Source: an uncultured Anaerolineaceae bacterium (GTDB taxonomy: Bacteria > Chloroflexota > Anaerolineae > Anaerolineales > UBA4823). Taken from it: DNA of 62,937 bases. The position numbers and the translations under genes are program-made. Of the stretch, positions 29,073-38,024 are shown one piece after another. The DNA is taken from contig CAYQDF010000007.1 in NCBI GenBank assembly GCA_964416175.1, positions 1 through 62,937 on the forward strand. The letters run 5' to 3'. Positions within the stretch are counted from its first letter, which is position 1. Each line of letters opens with the position of its first letter. The notes below the pieces were generated by a model. The model was not told the origin of the DNA and searched no databases. It worked only from the letters and a program-made list of their open reading frames with translations.

Positions 29073-30899
29073 TCACCCGTCGAAATTGTTCCAGTTCCCC
29101 ACCCAGGGGATGCTGCTCGACCAGGCGCCAAATTCATCTTGCCAGGTAGTGAACTTCTCAGCGAAATCGGCATCTCCGTAAGAACCCGCCCAGGCCCCGT
29201 AACCGCCGGCCCAGGCGCCGTAGCCGCCCGCCCAGGCGCCGTAGCCGCCCGCCCAGACGCCGTAACCCCCAGCCCAGGCGCCGTAGCCCCCGGCCCAGGC
29301 GTCGTAACCCCCGGCCCAGGCTCCATAGCCGCCCGCCCAGGCTCCATCGCCGCCCGCCCAGGCTCCATAACCGCCGGCCCAGGCTCCAGAACCGCCGGCC
29401 CAGGCCCCGTAACCGCCGGCCCAGGCCCCGTAGCCCCCAGCCCAGGCTCCGTAGCCCCCGGCCCAGCTCTCAAAGTCCCCGCGGAGCCTGAACTCACCGG
29501 TCGTTGGGTCGTAATAGGAATACCCCTCGAAGTGCTGCGCCCCGGAAAGGTCTGATCGTACGTCCAGGCCAGCGTTTGCGGCGCCGGCAATATCCGCGTA
29601 AACAGCATCGGGAGCATTGACACGCCCTGATCCTTGCTGCCACATACTGTAGAGCGCATTGGTCGATCCCAGGTCGATCCATGGGAAGGCGGTGACCTGG
29701 AGACGGTGTTTGATTTCGTCTGGGGTGAGGTCAGGGTTCTGCGACAGGGTGAGCGCGGCGAGCCCGGTCACGACCGCCGCGGCCTGGGATGTCCCTGCCA
29801 TCCAGAGGTATTGGCCCGGGTACCGGTTCTCGGCATGTTCTCGGGCGATCTTGCTCTGGCTCAGCATCGTGGATACCATATGCGCCCCCGGAGCGACCAC
29901 ATCCGGCTTGACGAATCCGTCCAGAGTTGGACCGGCTGCGGAAAATGGCGTGATGTAATCATCGCTCCAATCATTGGGAGTGTAGTTGTCTGTGAATGCG
30001 CCTACCGTGATGACGTACGGGTTGTTTCCTGGAACGCCGATGCTCATCGCTCCCGGACCTGTGTTGCCAGCTGCCACCACGACCGTCAGCCCCTGCGCCC
30101 ATGCCTGCATGACTGCCTGGTTCAGGGGGTCTGCCCAATAGGGAGACTGCACAGTGGCGACGAGGGACATGTTAATGACATCGATTCCGTACCTGTCTTT
30201 GTTCTCGATCACCCACTGGATGCCTTTGATCACCTGTTCGTAGGTTCCATAGCCGTCGGCGTTCAACACCCGCACCCCGACGAGGTCGACGCCTGGCGCG
30301 ACGCCATTCCATTCACCATCCGCGCCGACCTGGGAATTGGCGATGATCCCTGTGATGTGTGTTCCGTGTCCATTCGGGTCGTGGGGTGAGCGCTTCCGGT
30401 CGACGATATCTATCCAGCCAATGATCCGGTTCTTCTGCTTTCCATCGATCCCCTTGACGAGTCCCGGGTGCCTGGCGATGCCTGTATCGATGACAGCCAC
30501 GGTCACCCCCTGCCCGGTTGCCCCGCGCTCCCAGGCGACGTCAGCCCCGATGACATCGGGGTAGTCTGTGCTGGGTAACCTGGACTGCTTCCCTTCGCCG
30601 GCTGCACGGACGGGCGCGTTTGGGACGGCAGAGAGGCTGCCGGCAGCTTGAGAAAGATCCGGGATTGCGCTGACGGGCACGACCGCAGCCACGCCGTTGA
30701 TGATGTCTAACCGCGAGGTGACGCGCCCTCCGTGAGACAGGACCCAATTCTCGGCAGTCTGCACGTCAGCCCCCTGGATGATGAGGGAGGCAACCCGATG
30801 GTCGACTCGTGAGGGAACCAGAGGCAGCGCAGCCAGCAGCATGATCGCTGCCAGCACAGTGCTCAACCGGTCAATCCGCAAGAACGATTTTGCGCTCAT
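29073..30899 (-). CDS. secreted subtilisin-like (S8) serine protease with C-terminal (WAGGYGA)14 repeat region
   Basis: Signal peptide. Catalytic D (VAVIDTGI), H (HGTHITG) and S (GTSQAAA). 14 tandem heptads near the C-terminus. Confidence 0.9.
   Translation of the reverse strand: MSAKSFLRIDRLSTVLAAIMLLAALPLVPSRVDHRVASLIIQGADVQTAENWVLSHGGRVTSRLDIINGVAAVVPVSAIPDLSQAAGSLSAVPNAPVRAAGEGKQSRLPSTDYPDVIGADVAWERGATGQGVTVAVIDTGIARHPGLVKGIDGKQKNRIIGWIDIVDRKRSPHDPNGHGTHITGIIANSQVGADGEWNGVAPGVDLVGVRVLNADGYGTYEQVIKGIQWVIENKDRYGIDVINMSLVATVQSPYWADPLNQAVMQAWAQGLTVVVAAGNTGPGAMSIGVPGNNPYVITVGAFTDNYTPNDWSDDYITPFSAAGPTLDGFVKPDVVAPGAHMVSTMLSQSKIAREHAENRYPGQYLWMAGTSQAAAVVTGLAALTLSQNPDLTPDEIKHRLQVTAFPWIDLGSTNALYSMWQQGSGRVNAPDAVYADIAGAANAGLDVRSDLSGAQHFEGYSYYDPTTGEFRLRGDFESWAGGYGAWAGGYGAWAGGYGAWAGGSGAWAGGYGAWAGGDGAWAGGYGAWAGGYDAWAGGYGAWAGGYGVWAGGYGAWAGGYGAWAGGYGAWAGSYGDADFAEKFTTWQDEFGAWSSSIPWVGNWNNFDG
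29172..29465. repeat. 14 x 21-bp in-frame tandem repeat
   Basis: Unit ccaggc(g/c)ccgta(g/a)cc(g/c)cc(c/g)g(c/g) on the plus strand encodes WAGGYGA on the minus strand. Units differ by 0-3 nt. Confidence 0.95.
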
Positions 30900-30938
30900 A
30901 TGTTCACTCCTTCGCGAGCAATCCGGCTAATGAGCGAC

Positions 30939-30962
30939 AAAGGCCTGGGAAAACCAGGCCTT
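30939..30962 (-). terminator. expression-platform hairpin (possible attenuator) downstream of the candidate aptamer
   Basis: AAGGCCUGG-UUUUC-CCAGGCCUU followed by UGU. Its 5' arm is also complementary to CCAGGCC at the aptamer 3' end (30998-31004). The U-tract is weak. Confidence 0.4.
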
Positions 30963-30989
30963 CGATGCGAAGTTAAGCGAACATCGTTG

Positions 30990-31085
30990 ATCTCGGCGGC
31001 CTGGCGATCATAACCATCTTGGGATGGTCTTAGACCCATGGCTTTGCGCCCCCGGTTTTCACCGGGTTAGCCTTTTTCGGATCTC
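30990..31085 (-). ncRNA. candidate c-di-GMP-I (GEMM-I, tetraloop/receptor type) riboswitch aptamer in the S8 protease leader
   Basis: Minus-strand read, in order: AAAAAGGCUAA; CCCGGU-GAAA-ACCGGG hairpin; GGCGCAAAGCC; hairpin ACCAUC-CCAA-GAUGGU flanked by UCUAAG...UAUGA (11-nt receptor-like). No covariance model was run. Confidence 0.5.
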
Positions 31086-31091
31086 GAACTC

Positions 31092-31121
31092 ATTTTAGCA
31101 TAGTACTTAAGGGGGAGTCAA
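31092..31121 (-). promoter_or_regulatory. sigma70-type promoter of the S8 protease
   Basis: TTGACT (31116-31121) - 18 nt - TAAAAT (31092-31097) on the minus strand. An AT-rich UP-like tract lies at 31122-31175. Confidence 0.6.
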
Positions 31122-31301
31122 CCAGTATAGCTGACATTCTTGTTAGTTCATTACCTGTTTATTACATATTTCTTACTTACGTCCCGGGTCGATTTGACAC
31201 AATGACCAGCCGGTGAAGCATGGTCGAGAAGCCAGCAGCTTTGAGCTCGCATGACGCAGGACTTGTATGAGCATAGTCACCCCCACAGGTGATGAATTGC
31301 A

Positions 31302-31331
31302 TTGTGAGAATAACCCCCGGAGTGGTAAACT
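31302..31331 (+). promoter_or_regulatory. promoter candidate of ppdK
   Basis: TTGTGA - 18 nt (ending TGG) - TAAACT. Would give a leader of about 135 nt. Confidence 0.45.
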
Positions 31332-31470
31332 ATACCCCTGGTATCCGGGGTACGCTCCGAAAAATAACCCTTGGGTTGAGAATGTGATGGATCGTGACGA
31401 ACAAAATACCGCGTGGAGATCATCTGCGCAGGTTTTTAACACCATTTTCCTGTGAGTCTAGGAGGTCGTT

Positions 31471-34239
31471 ATGTCTGAAAAGAAATGGGTTTATCTATTT
31501 AGCGAGGTGGAGGAGGCAGAGCGAGCAGTTGGAGGGAACTGGGACGACGTGCGGGCGCTGTTAGGCGGGAAAGGTTCTGGCCTGGCAGACATGACTCGCG
31601 CCGGCGTTCCGGTGCCCCCTGGTTTCACCGTCACGACTGAGGCCTGCAATGCCTACCTGGAAGCGGGTCAGAAATTTCCCCCGGGGATGTGGGAACAGGA
31701 ATTGGAGGCATTGCGCAAGATCGAACAGGCTACCGGGAAGAAGTTCGGTGACCCGCGCAATCCACTACTGGTCTCTTGCCGGTCGGGCGCCAAATTCTCC
31801 ATGCCGGGCATGATGGACACGGTGCTGAACATCGGTATGAACGAGGAAACAGCAGCCGGCATGGTCAAGCTGACAGGCGATGAGCGATTTGTTTACGATG
31901 CTTACCGCCGCCTGGTTGAGATGTTCGGCGAAGTCGTCCTTGGGATCCCGGATGAGGCTTTTGAAGGACCGCTCCACGATTACAAGGCACAGAAAGGTGT
32001 TCAGACCGATCCTGAGCTGACTGCAGAAGACTGGAAGCACCTTGTCGAGACGTTCAAGAAAGTCGTTCGGGACCAGAAAGGGTTTGACTTCCCCCAGGAC
32101 CCGTACGAACAGCTTCGCCTCGCTACGGAAGCAGTGTTCAGATCCTGGAACGGAAAGCGCGCGGTGGATTACCGCAACGCGGCTGGGATACCGCACAACC
32201 TGGGTACAGCCGTCAATATTCAGACCATGGTGTTCGGGAACATGGGTTGGGATTCTGGCACGGGGGTGGCGTTCACCCGCGATCCTGCCACCGGCGAGAA
32301 AGAGATGTACGGCGATTACTTGATGAATGCCCAGGGGGAAGATGTGGTCGCCGGGATTCGCAACACGCAGAAAATCGCCCACCTCAAGGAAGAGATGCCG
32401 GAGGTATACCAGCAGTTCCTGGAGATCTGCGACAGGCTGGAGCGCCACTACCGGGATATGCAGGATGTCGAGTTCACCATCGAAAAAGGGAAGCTCTGGA
32501 TGCTCCAAACCAGGACCGGCAAGCGGACCGCGAAGGCAGCCGTCAAGATCGCGGTCGATATGGCTGACGAGGGGCTGATAACGAAGGAAGAGGCGCTGCT
32601 CCGGGTCCGCTCTGATGACGTGGACACGCTTCTTCACCCGCAATTTGATCTGCGGGCGAAGCAGGCGGCCCAGCAAGAAGGCAAGTTGTATGCCAGCGGC
32701 GTGAACGCTTCGCCCGGCGCGGCCGTCGGTCAGGTCTATTTCGATGCGGATACGTCGGAGCGCATGGCGAAGGAATCTGGTCAGGAGGTCATCATGGTGC
32801 GCCCGTTTACCAAGCCGGATGACGTGCATGGGATGCTGGCAGCCAAGGGCATCCTCACCAGTGAAGGGGGCGCTACTTCCCACGCAGCAGTCGTCGCCCG
32901 TCAGTTCGGGGTGCCGTGCGTGGTCGGCGCTGCGATGATCCGGATCGACCTGGAAAGACGACAGATGTCGGTCGACGGGAAGATCGTCAGAGAGGGCGAC
33001 TGGATTTCGGTCGACGGGACGAGCGGCGAGGTGTTTCTGGGAAAGATCCCGACCATCGCGCCGTCGCTCGAAGAGCAGACTGACCTGCTGACCTTACTTG
33101 AATGGGCAGATGAGATATGCGCAACCCCAGGCATCCGCAAAGCCCCTCCTGGCTGGCCGACCACCGGGCTGCAAGTCTGGGCGAACGCGGACTACCCGGC
33201 AGATGCCCGTCGAGCCAGGTCTTACGGTGCAGTTGGGATCGGGCTCTGCAGGACCGAGCACATGTTCTTCGAACCGGAACGGTTGCCCGTCGTCCAGCGC
33301 ATGATCCTGGCAGAAAGTTCTGCGGACCGCCGGGCTGCTTTGAATGAGCTGCTCCCCCACCAGCGGTCCGATTTTGAAGGCCTGTTCGAGGCGATGGACG
33401 GCTACCCGGTGATCATCCGCCTGATCGACCCGCCTCTTCACGAGTTCTTGCCATCGGAGGAATCTCTGCTTGAGGAAGTCATCACCATGCGGGTGAGGGG
33501 CGAAACGGAGGGGCTTGCTGAAAAGGAAAACCTGCTCCGCAAAGTCCAGAGCATGCACGAAAGCAACCCGATGATGGGGCTGCGCGGCATCCGCCTGAGC
33601 ATCGTCATGCCGGAGATCGTTGAGATGCAGGTGCGGGCGATCTTCGAAGCAGCAGCCAATGTCACCCTGCGCGGCGTTCACGCCAAGCCGGAGGTGATGA
33701 TTCCGCTCACCGGCACCGTCAATGAACTCAATGTCATCCAGCCGCGATTGGTCGAGATCGCCCGGCAGGTCATGCAGGAAAAGGGAGTGGATTTCCCATA
33801 TAAATTTGGGACGATGATCGAGATCCCGCGCGCGGCGCTCACCGCCGAGGAGATCGCCGAAGTGGCGGAATTCTTCTCCTTTGGCACGAACGATCTGACC
33901 CAGATGACGTATGGATACAGCCGGGATGACGCGGAGCGGAATTTCCTGCTCAAGTACGTCGAAGATGGAATCCTGCCGAAGAACCCCTTCCAAACCATCG
34001 ATCGCGAGGGCGTTGGACGATTAATGAAGATGTGCGTCGAGGAGGGGCGCAGCTCGCGGATCGACCTCGAGGTGGGTATCTGCGGCGAGCACGGCGGCGA
34101 CCCCGAATCCATCGAATTCTGCCACACGATCGGGCAGAACTACGTGAGCTGTTCGCCGTTCCGGGTGCCGATCGCCCGTCTCTCAGCTGCGCACGCCGCG
34201 TTGAAACACCAGGGCGTTTCGATACTGGAAGATAAATAA
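31471..34239 (+). CDS. ppdK: pyruvate, phosphate dikinase
   Basis: 922 aa. N-terminal ATP-grasp (GGKGSGLADM), phospho-His domain (GGATSHAAVVAR), and PEP-utilising C-terminus (GICGEHGGDP). Confidence 0.95.
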   Translation: MSEKKWVYLFSEVEEAERAVGGNWDDVRALLGGKGSGLADMTRAGVPVPPGFTVTTEACNAYLEAGQKFPPGMWEQELEALRKIEQATGKKFGDPRNPLLVSCRSGAKFSMPGMMDTVLNIGMNEETAAGMVKLTGDERFVYDAYRRLVEMFGEVVLGIPDEAFEGPLHDYKAQKGVQTDPELTAEDWKHLVETFKKVVRDQKGFDFPQDPYEQLRLATEAVFRSWNGKRAVDYRNAAGIPHNLGTAVNIQTMVFGNMGWDSGTGVAFTRDPATGEKEMYGDYLMNAQGEDVVAGIRNTQKIAHLKEEMPEVYQQFLEICDRLERHYRDMQDVEFTIEKGKLWMLQTRTGKRTAKAAVKIAVDMADEGLITKEEALLRVRSDDVDTLLHPQFDLRAKQAAQQEGKLYASGVNASPGAAVGQVYFDADTSERMAKESGQEVIMVRPFTKPDDVHGMLAAKGILTSEGGATSHAAVVARQFGVPCVVGAAMIRIDLERRQMSVDGKIVREGDWISVDGTSGEVFLGKIPTIAPSLEEQTDLLTLLEWADEICATPGIRKAPPGWPTTGLQVWANADYPADARRARSYGAVGIGLCRTEHMFFEPERLPVVQRMILAESSADRRAALNELLPHQRSDFEGLFEAMDGYPVIIRLIDPPLHEFLPSEESLLEEVITMRVRGETEGLAEKENLLRKVQSMHESNPMMGLRGIRLSIVMPEIVEMQVRAIFEAAANVTLRGVHAKPEVMIPLTGTVNELNVIQPRLVEIARQVMQEKGVDFPYKFGTMIEIPRAALTAEEIAEVAEFFSFGTNDLTQMTYGYSRDDAERNFLLKYVEDGILPKNPFQTIDREGVGRLMKMCVEEGRSSRIDLEVGICGEHGGDPESIEFCHTIGQNYVSCSPFRVPIARLSAAHAALKHQGVSILEDK

Positions 34240-34260
34240 AGGCTAACTGCTGCACGCGAC

Positions 34261-34302
34261 AGACCCTGGGGTCCATAAGGGACTCCCAGGGTCTTTTCGT
34301 TT
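34261..34302 (+). terminator. intrinsic terminator after ppdK
   Basis: AGACCCUGGG-(14 nt)-CCCAGGGUCU followed by UUUCGUUU. Confidence 0.7.
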
Positions 34303-34364
34303 GGGTGGGATGCCAATGCAGGCGGGGTTCCTGACCCGGCGGCGGATCAGCAAGCCGCCTGGTT

Positions 34365-34925
34365 TCAGGCGGATTCTTTCAGGGATTCCTGGATGACGAA
34401 CTTCTCACCGACTCGCAGGGCTTCGATATTGATCGAAAGCAGCTTTTTGTGGCGCTCTGGCAGATGATCGGCGAGCGCTTTTTCGACGGTTTCGATTGAA
34501 AGTACCGGCAGCATCGCCAGCAGCGCGCCGACCATCACCACGTTCGTGAGACGCCTGTCGCCGATAGATTCCGCGATCTCGTTGGCCGGGATGAGGATGG
34601 ACCGGATATCCTTCCGTTCGACAGGTCGATTGACCAGGGACGCGTTCACGACCAGCACGCCACCCTCGGCGACCAATGGTTCGTATTTGTCGAACGACGG
34701 GAGGTTCAGCGCAAGCACCGCGCGAGGGTTTCGGACGAGAGGTGAGCCGATCTCCTCGTCAGAGATGATGACCGTGCAATTCGCTGTCCCGCCGCGCATT
34801 TCCGGCCCATAGGAGGGGATCCAGGTCACGATTTGACCCGCGTCCATCGCGGCATAGGCCAGCATCTGACCGGCGAAGAGGACCCCCTGGCCGCCGAACC
34901 CGGCAATTACGATCTCAGTCTGCAT
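34365..34925 (-). CDS. 2-oxoacid:ferredoxin oxidoreductase, gamma subunit
   Basis: IAGFGGQGV...motif. 186 aa. Last gene of the four-gene OFOR cluster. Confidence 0.85.
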   Translation of the reverse strand: MQTEIVIAGFGGQGVLFAGQMLAYAAMDAGQIVTWIPSYGPEMRGGTANCTVIISDEEIGSPLVRNPRAVLALNLPSFDKYEPLVAEGGVLVVNASLVNRPVERKDIRSILIPANEIAESIGDRRLTNVVMVGALLAMLPVLSIETVEKALADHLPERHKKLLSINIEALRVGEKFVIQESLKESA

Positions 34926-34944
34926 GCGGATTGCCTCCCAAGCT

Positions 34945-35712
34945 TCAGGTCTGTTTCAACCCGGGCGATACTTTGAAATCGCCCAGGGGAAAGGCAGGGA
35001 TCATGCGCTCTTCAACCCATTTCAGGGCTTCAGCGGGGCTCAATCCCCAATTGGTCGGGCAGGTAGAGAGCAGCTCAACCATCGAAAACCCGAGGCCGCG
35101 CACCTGCGTTTCGAACGCCTGGCGGATGGCTTTCTTGGCCAGGCGGATATTCTTCGGGTCGTGAAGACTCCGCCGGGCGATGTACCCTGCGCCTTCCAGT
35201 GTCGCCAGCAGTTCGGCAGTCCGGATGGGAAAGCCCATCTGTTCAACATCGCGGCCATACGGAGAAGAGGTTGTTTTTTGACCGGGAAGGGTCGTCGGCG
35301 CCATCTGCCCCCCGGTCATCCCGTAGTTGGCGTTGTTAATGAAGATAACCGTGATGTTTTCTCCGCGGGCGGCGGCGTGCACGATCTCTCCCATCCCAAT
35401 GGATGCCAGATCTCCGTCGCCCTGGTAAGTGAACACGATCCGATCCGGCAGGACGCGTTTGATGCCGGTCGCCATCGCCGGCGCTCGCCCGTGAGCTGCT
35501 TCAACAAAGTCGCAGTCGAAGTAATTGTACGCAAACACCGAACAGCCGACGGATGCAACCCCGATGGTCCTATCCTGCAAGTCCAGCTCTTCGAGGACCT
35601 CGGCGACCAGGCGGTGGGCGACACCGTGTGTACAACCCGGGCAATAGTGAGTGGTAGCGTCGGTAAAGGTCCTGGGCCGACGGTAAACCGTTTCGATAGT
35701 TGGCGTGACCAT
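34945..35712 (-). CDS. 2-oxoacid:ferredoxin oxidoreductase, beta (TPP-binding) subunit
   Basis: YCPGCTHG cluster-ligand motif and the GDGD...NN TPP motif. Confidence 0.88.
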   Translation of the reverse strand: MVTPTIETVYRRPRTFTDATTHYCPGCTHGVAHRLVAEVLEELDLQDRTIGVASVGCSVFAYNYFDCDFVEAAHGRAPAMATGIKRVLPDRIVFTYQGDGDLASIGMGEIVHAAARGENITVIFINNANYGMTGGQMAPTTLPGQKTTSSPYGRDVEQMGFPIRTAELLATLEGAGYIARRSLHDPKNIRLAKKAIRQAFETQVRGLGFSMVELLSTCPTNWGLSPAEALKWVEERMIPAFPLGDFKVSPGLKQT

Positions 35713-35721
35713 GCTGCCTTC

Positions 35722-36837
35722 CTAATTCCTGGATAGCTCCAGCTGCTTCAACCAGCTGCGGCGAGTATCCCCGTTCTCGCCAGCCGGGGTGGAGATCATG
35801 TGGTGGATCTCAGTCAGGATCTCGTCCGGGAAGGGAACGACGCCTCCCATGCGTCCGTAGAAGCGCACGGGGACTTTCCCGCGAACGGCCAGTTCCACGT
35901 CGTGCAGCATTTGCCCGGCGTTCATTTCGACGACTTCCATCGCCTGGACTTTTTCTGCAAGTTGAGCCAGGCGGCGGTAAGGGAAGGGACTGAGAGATAT
36001 GGGGCGGAAGAGACCAACGGGGATGCCCTCAGCCCGGGCAGACCGGACCGCCGAGAGCGCTACCCTGCCAGCGGTGCCGAACCCAACCACGAGCACTTCG
36101 GCATCTTCGATATAATATTCCTTGTAGCGGACTTCGTTCGCTTCAATTTGCTCCCAGCGTTTGAGCAGGCGCAGATTGGTGGCCTCTTCTTCGTCCGGGT
36201 TGAGGTAAATCGAGCTCAAGATTCTGCGCTCACGTCCTGCCGCGCCGGTCACGGCCCATGCGGGTCGCTCCTTCTTAAGAGGCTGCATGGGGGGGAGCTC
36301 CGCCGGTTCCATCATCTGCCCCAGGCTGCCGTCTACTAACACAATGGTGATTGCCCGGTATTTCTCCGCTAGATCGAATGCCTCCACTGTCAGGTCGATC
36401 GCTTCCTGGATGCTGGCTGGAGCGAGGACGATTGGCTGGTAGTCTCCATGGCCGCCGCCGTGGACGATCTGGTTATAATCTCCCTGCGCCGGCGCGATGT
36501 TCCCAAGGCCTGGTCCACCGCGCATCACGTCAACCAGGACGGCTGGCACTTCGGTTCCCGCGATGTAAGACAGGCCTTCCATCATGAGACTGACACCCGG
36601 GCTGGAGGAGGATGTCATCACCCGGGCGCCGGTGCAGGCCGCGCCGTACACCATGTTGATCGCGGCTAATTCGCTTTCGGCCTGCAGGAAGGTCCGGCCC
36701 AGCTGAGGCATGCGCTCCGAAAACCACTCGAGCAGCTCAGTCTGGGGGGTGATGGGATAGCCGAAATACGCTTCTAAGCCAGCGCGGATGGCCGCCTCCG
36801 CGATCGCCACGTTCCCTTTTAGCAGTTCAATCGCCAT
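35722..36837 (-). CDS. 2-oxoacid:ferredoxin oxidoreductase, alpha subunit
   Basis: [15 protein letters not shown]...YPITPQTE is the typical POR/KOR alpha N-terminus. Confidence 0.88.
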   Translation of the reverse strand: MAIELLKGNVAIAEAAIRAGLEAYFGYPITPQTELLEWFSERMPQLGRTFLQAESELAAINMVYGAACTGARVMTSSSSPGVSLMMEGLSYIAGTEVPAVLVDVMRGGPGLGNIAPAQGDYNQIVHGGGHGDYQPIVLAPASIQEAIDLTVEAFDLAEKYRAITIVLVDGSLGQMMEPAELPPMQPLKKERPAWAVTGAAGRERRILSSIYLNPDEEEATNLRLLKRWEQIEANEVRYKEYYIEDAEVLVVGFGTAGRVALSAVRSARAEGIPVGLFRPISLSPFPYRRLAQLAEKVQAMEVVEMNAGQMLHDVELAVRGKVPVRFYGRMGGVVPFPDEILTEIHHMISTPAGENGDTRRSWLKQLELSRN

Positions 36838-36846
36838 ATCCTTCTC

Positions 36847-37110
36847 CTACGTGACCACCGACTCCCGCCGGGACTCGCGCGCTTGTCGGACCGGGGTCTC
36901 GCGGAAGACAGTCAAAGCCGCTTCCGGGCAGACGACTGCACAGATGGCGCAGCCAGTGCATCCCTCGGAAGCGAGCTGCACTGGGTGGTAGCCCTTTGGG
37001 GTCAGGCGGTCAAGATCCAGCCTTAAGACGTGCTGAGGACATGCCTGAACGCACAGTTCACAGCCTTTGCAATATTTATCATCGACTTCTATCCAACCCC
37101 GGATGGGCAT
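36847..37110 (-). CDS. 2-oxoacid:ferredoxin oxidoreductase, delta subunit (2x[4Fe-4S] ferredoxin)
   Basis: Two CxxCxxCxxxCP motifs (CKGCELCVQACP, CTGCAICAVVCP). 87 aa. Confidence 0.85.
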   Translation of the reverse strand: MPIRGWIEVDDKYCKGCELCVQACPQHVLRLDLDRLTPKGYHPVQLASEGCTGCAICAVVCPEAALTVFRETPVRQARESRRESVVT

Positions 37111-37234
37111 CGAGAGTCCTCCTTTCGATATTTTCTACCTTCATTATCTACATACCCGGCTGGTCAGGATAGTGTAAACTGTCACTGATCTGTTGTACAA
37201 AAGTACTGATTCCAGGCGCTTGATCAGGGATCTC

Positions 37235-38011
37235 TTAGAGATCGATGTATCGGGAATCGTCCAGCGCGCTTTCGATGTCTTCCACTCTGCTCTCGCCGCC
37301 GCTCGAGCGGTTCAAGCCGGCAGCTTTCAACTCAGCTTCCTCGGCAGCTTTGAGGGTATTCAGGTCAACCCGCTTTTGCAGGCCCCATTTCCCGCAGTAA
37401 GGGCAGCGGTCGAATTTCTGCAATCCCGCGTTCAGGCCATAGATGTGAAGGCTGAATGGACGGCCGCAGTTCTTGCAGACTGCGCCGCCGAATACCCCAT
37501 ATTTGCGCGGAGTGCCAGCCGGCAATTCCACTTTCTTACCGCGTAAGGATAAGAGAGGGATGACCATCGCGAGGAGGATCGCCCCGGCAACGACGACCAG
37601 GAGCGGAACGATGATCCTGAGGCCGGCGCGCCAGCCTTCCTCCGCGGTTACAAAGCGGACGTGGAGGCTGTCGGATTGAAGCTGTTTACCGCCCCGGGTG
37701 ATCCCGATCGCGTGCAAAGTGTGGTCCCCCAGGGGGAAATTATCGGTATTGAAGCGAAGCTGAAAAGGCGGTTCTTCGACCTCCCCGATCGCCCGGTCGT
37801 CGATGTAAAAGGCCACCACTTCCAGGTCCTCTGGTCCGGAAGCTGTCAGCGTGAAGGTGCCCTGGATTGAACCAGTGCCCGACGAATATCCGAAAGTCCT
37901 TCGGAGCCGTAAGGTCAATTCCGGTTCGGGGGGAGGCGTCTGCTGGAAGCCGGAGAAGAGCCCTCCGGACCAGAGAAGGATTAAGATGGTCAGTGAATTG
38001 AGTGAAAGCAT
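37235..38011 (-). CDS. single-pass membrane protein: exported Ig-like domain + TM + cytoplasmic zinc ribbon
   Basis: N-terminal signal/anchor, a beta-rich domain of about 110 aa, TM IIVPLLVVVAGAILLAMVIPLL, then CKNCGRPF...CPYCGKW. No family recognised. Confidence 0.55.
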   Translation of the reverse strand: MLSLNSLTILILLWSGGLFSGFQQTPPPEPELTLRLRRTFGYSSGTGSIQGTFTLTASGPEDLEVVAFYIDDRAIGEVEEPPFQLRFNTDNFPLGDHTLHAIGITRGGKQLQSDSLHVRFVTAEEGWRAGLRIIVPLLVVVAGAILLAMVIPLLSLRGKKVELPAGTPRKYGVFGGAVCKNCGRPFSLHIYGLNAGLQKFDRCPYCGKWGLQKRVDLNTLKAAEEAELKAAGLNRSSGGESRVEDIESALDDSRYIDL

Positions 38012-38024
38012 ACTCCGGTCATGA

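Noticed and set aside
29172-29465. Possible CRISPR array (regular short repeats)
   Set aside because: The units are contiguous with no spacers, are only 21 bp long, are in frame within a CDS, and no cas genes are present.
29024-29659. P/G/A-rich ORFs (29024..29659 minus, 29139..29555 plus) that look like collagen- or PE/PGRS-like proteins
   Set aside because: They are alternative-frame readings of the 21-bp tandem repeat inside the S8 protease gene. The protease frame is continuous with the catalytic domain and has a signal peptide, so these are artefacts.
31267-31455. 62-aa W/P/Y/N-rich ORF upstream of ppdK (MSIVTPTGDELHCENNPRSGKLYPWYPGY...)
   Set aside because: It has an AGGA 5 nt upstream, but AT-rich third positions unlike neighbouring genes. 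It overlaps the best ppdK promoter candidate (31302-31331) and an equally long antisense ORF. It was kept only as a remote possibility of a leader peptide.
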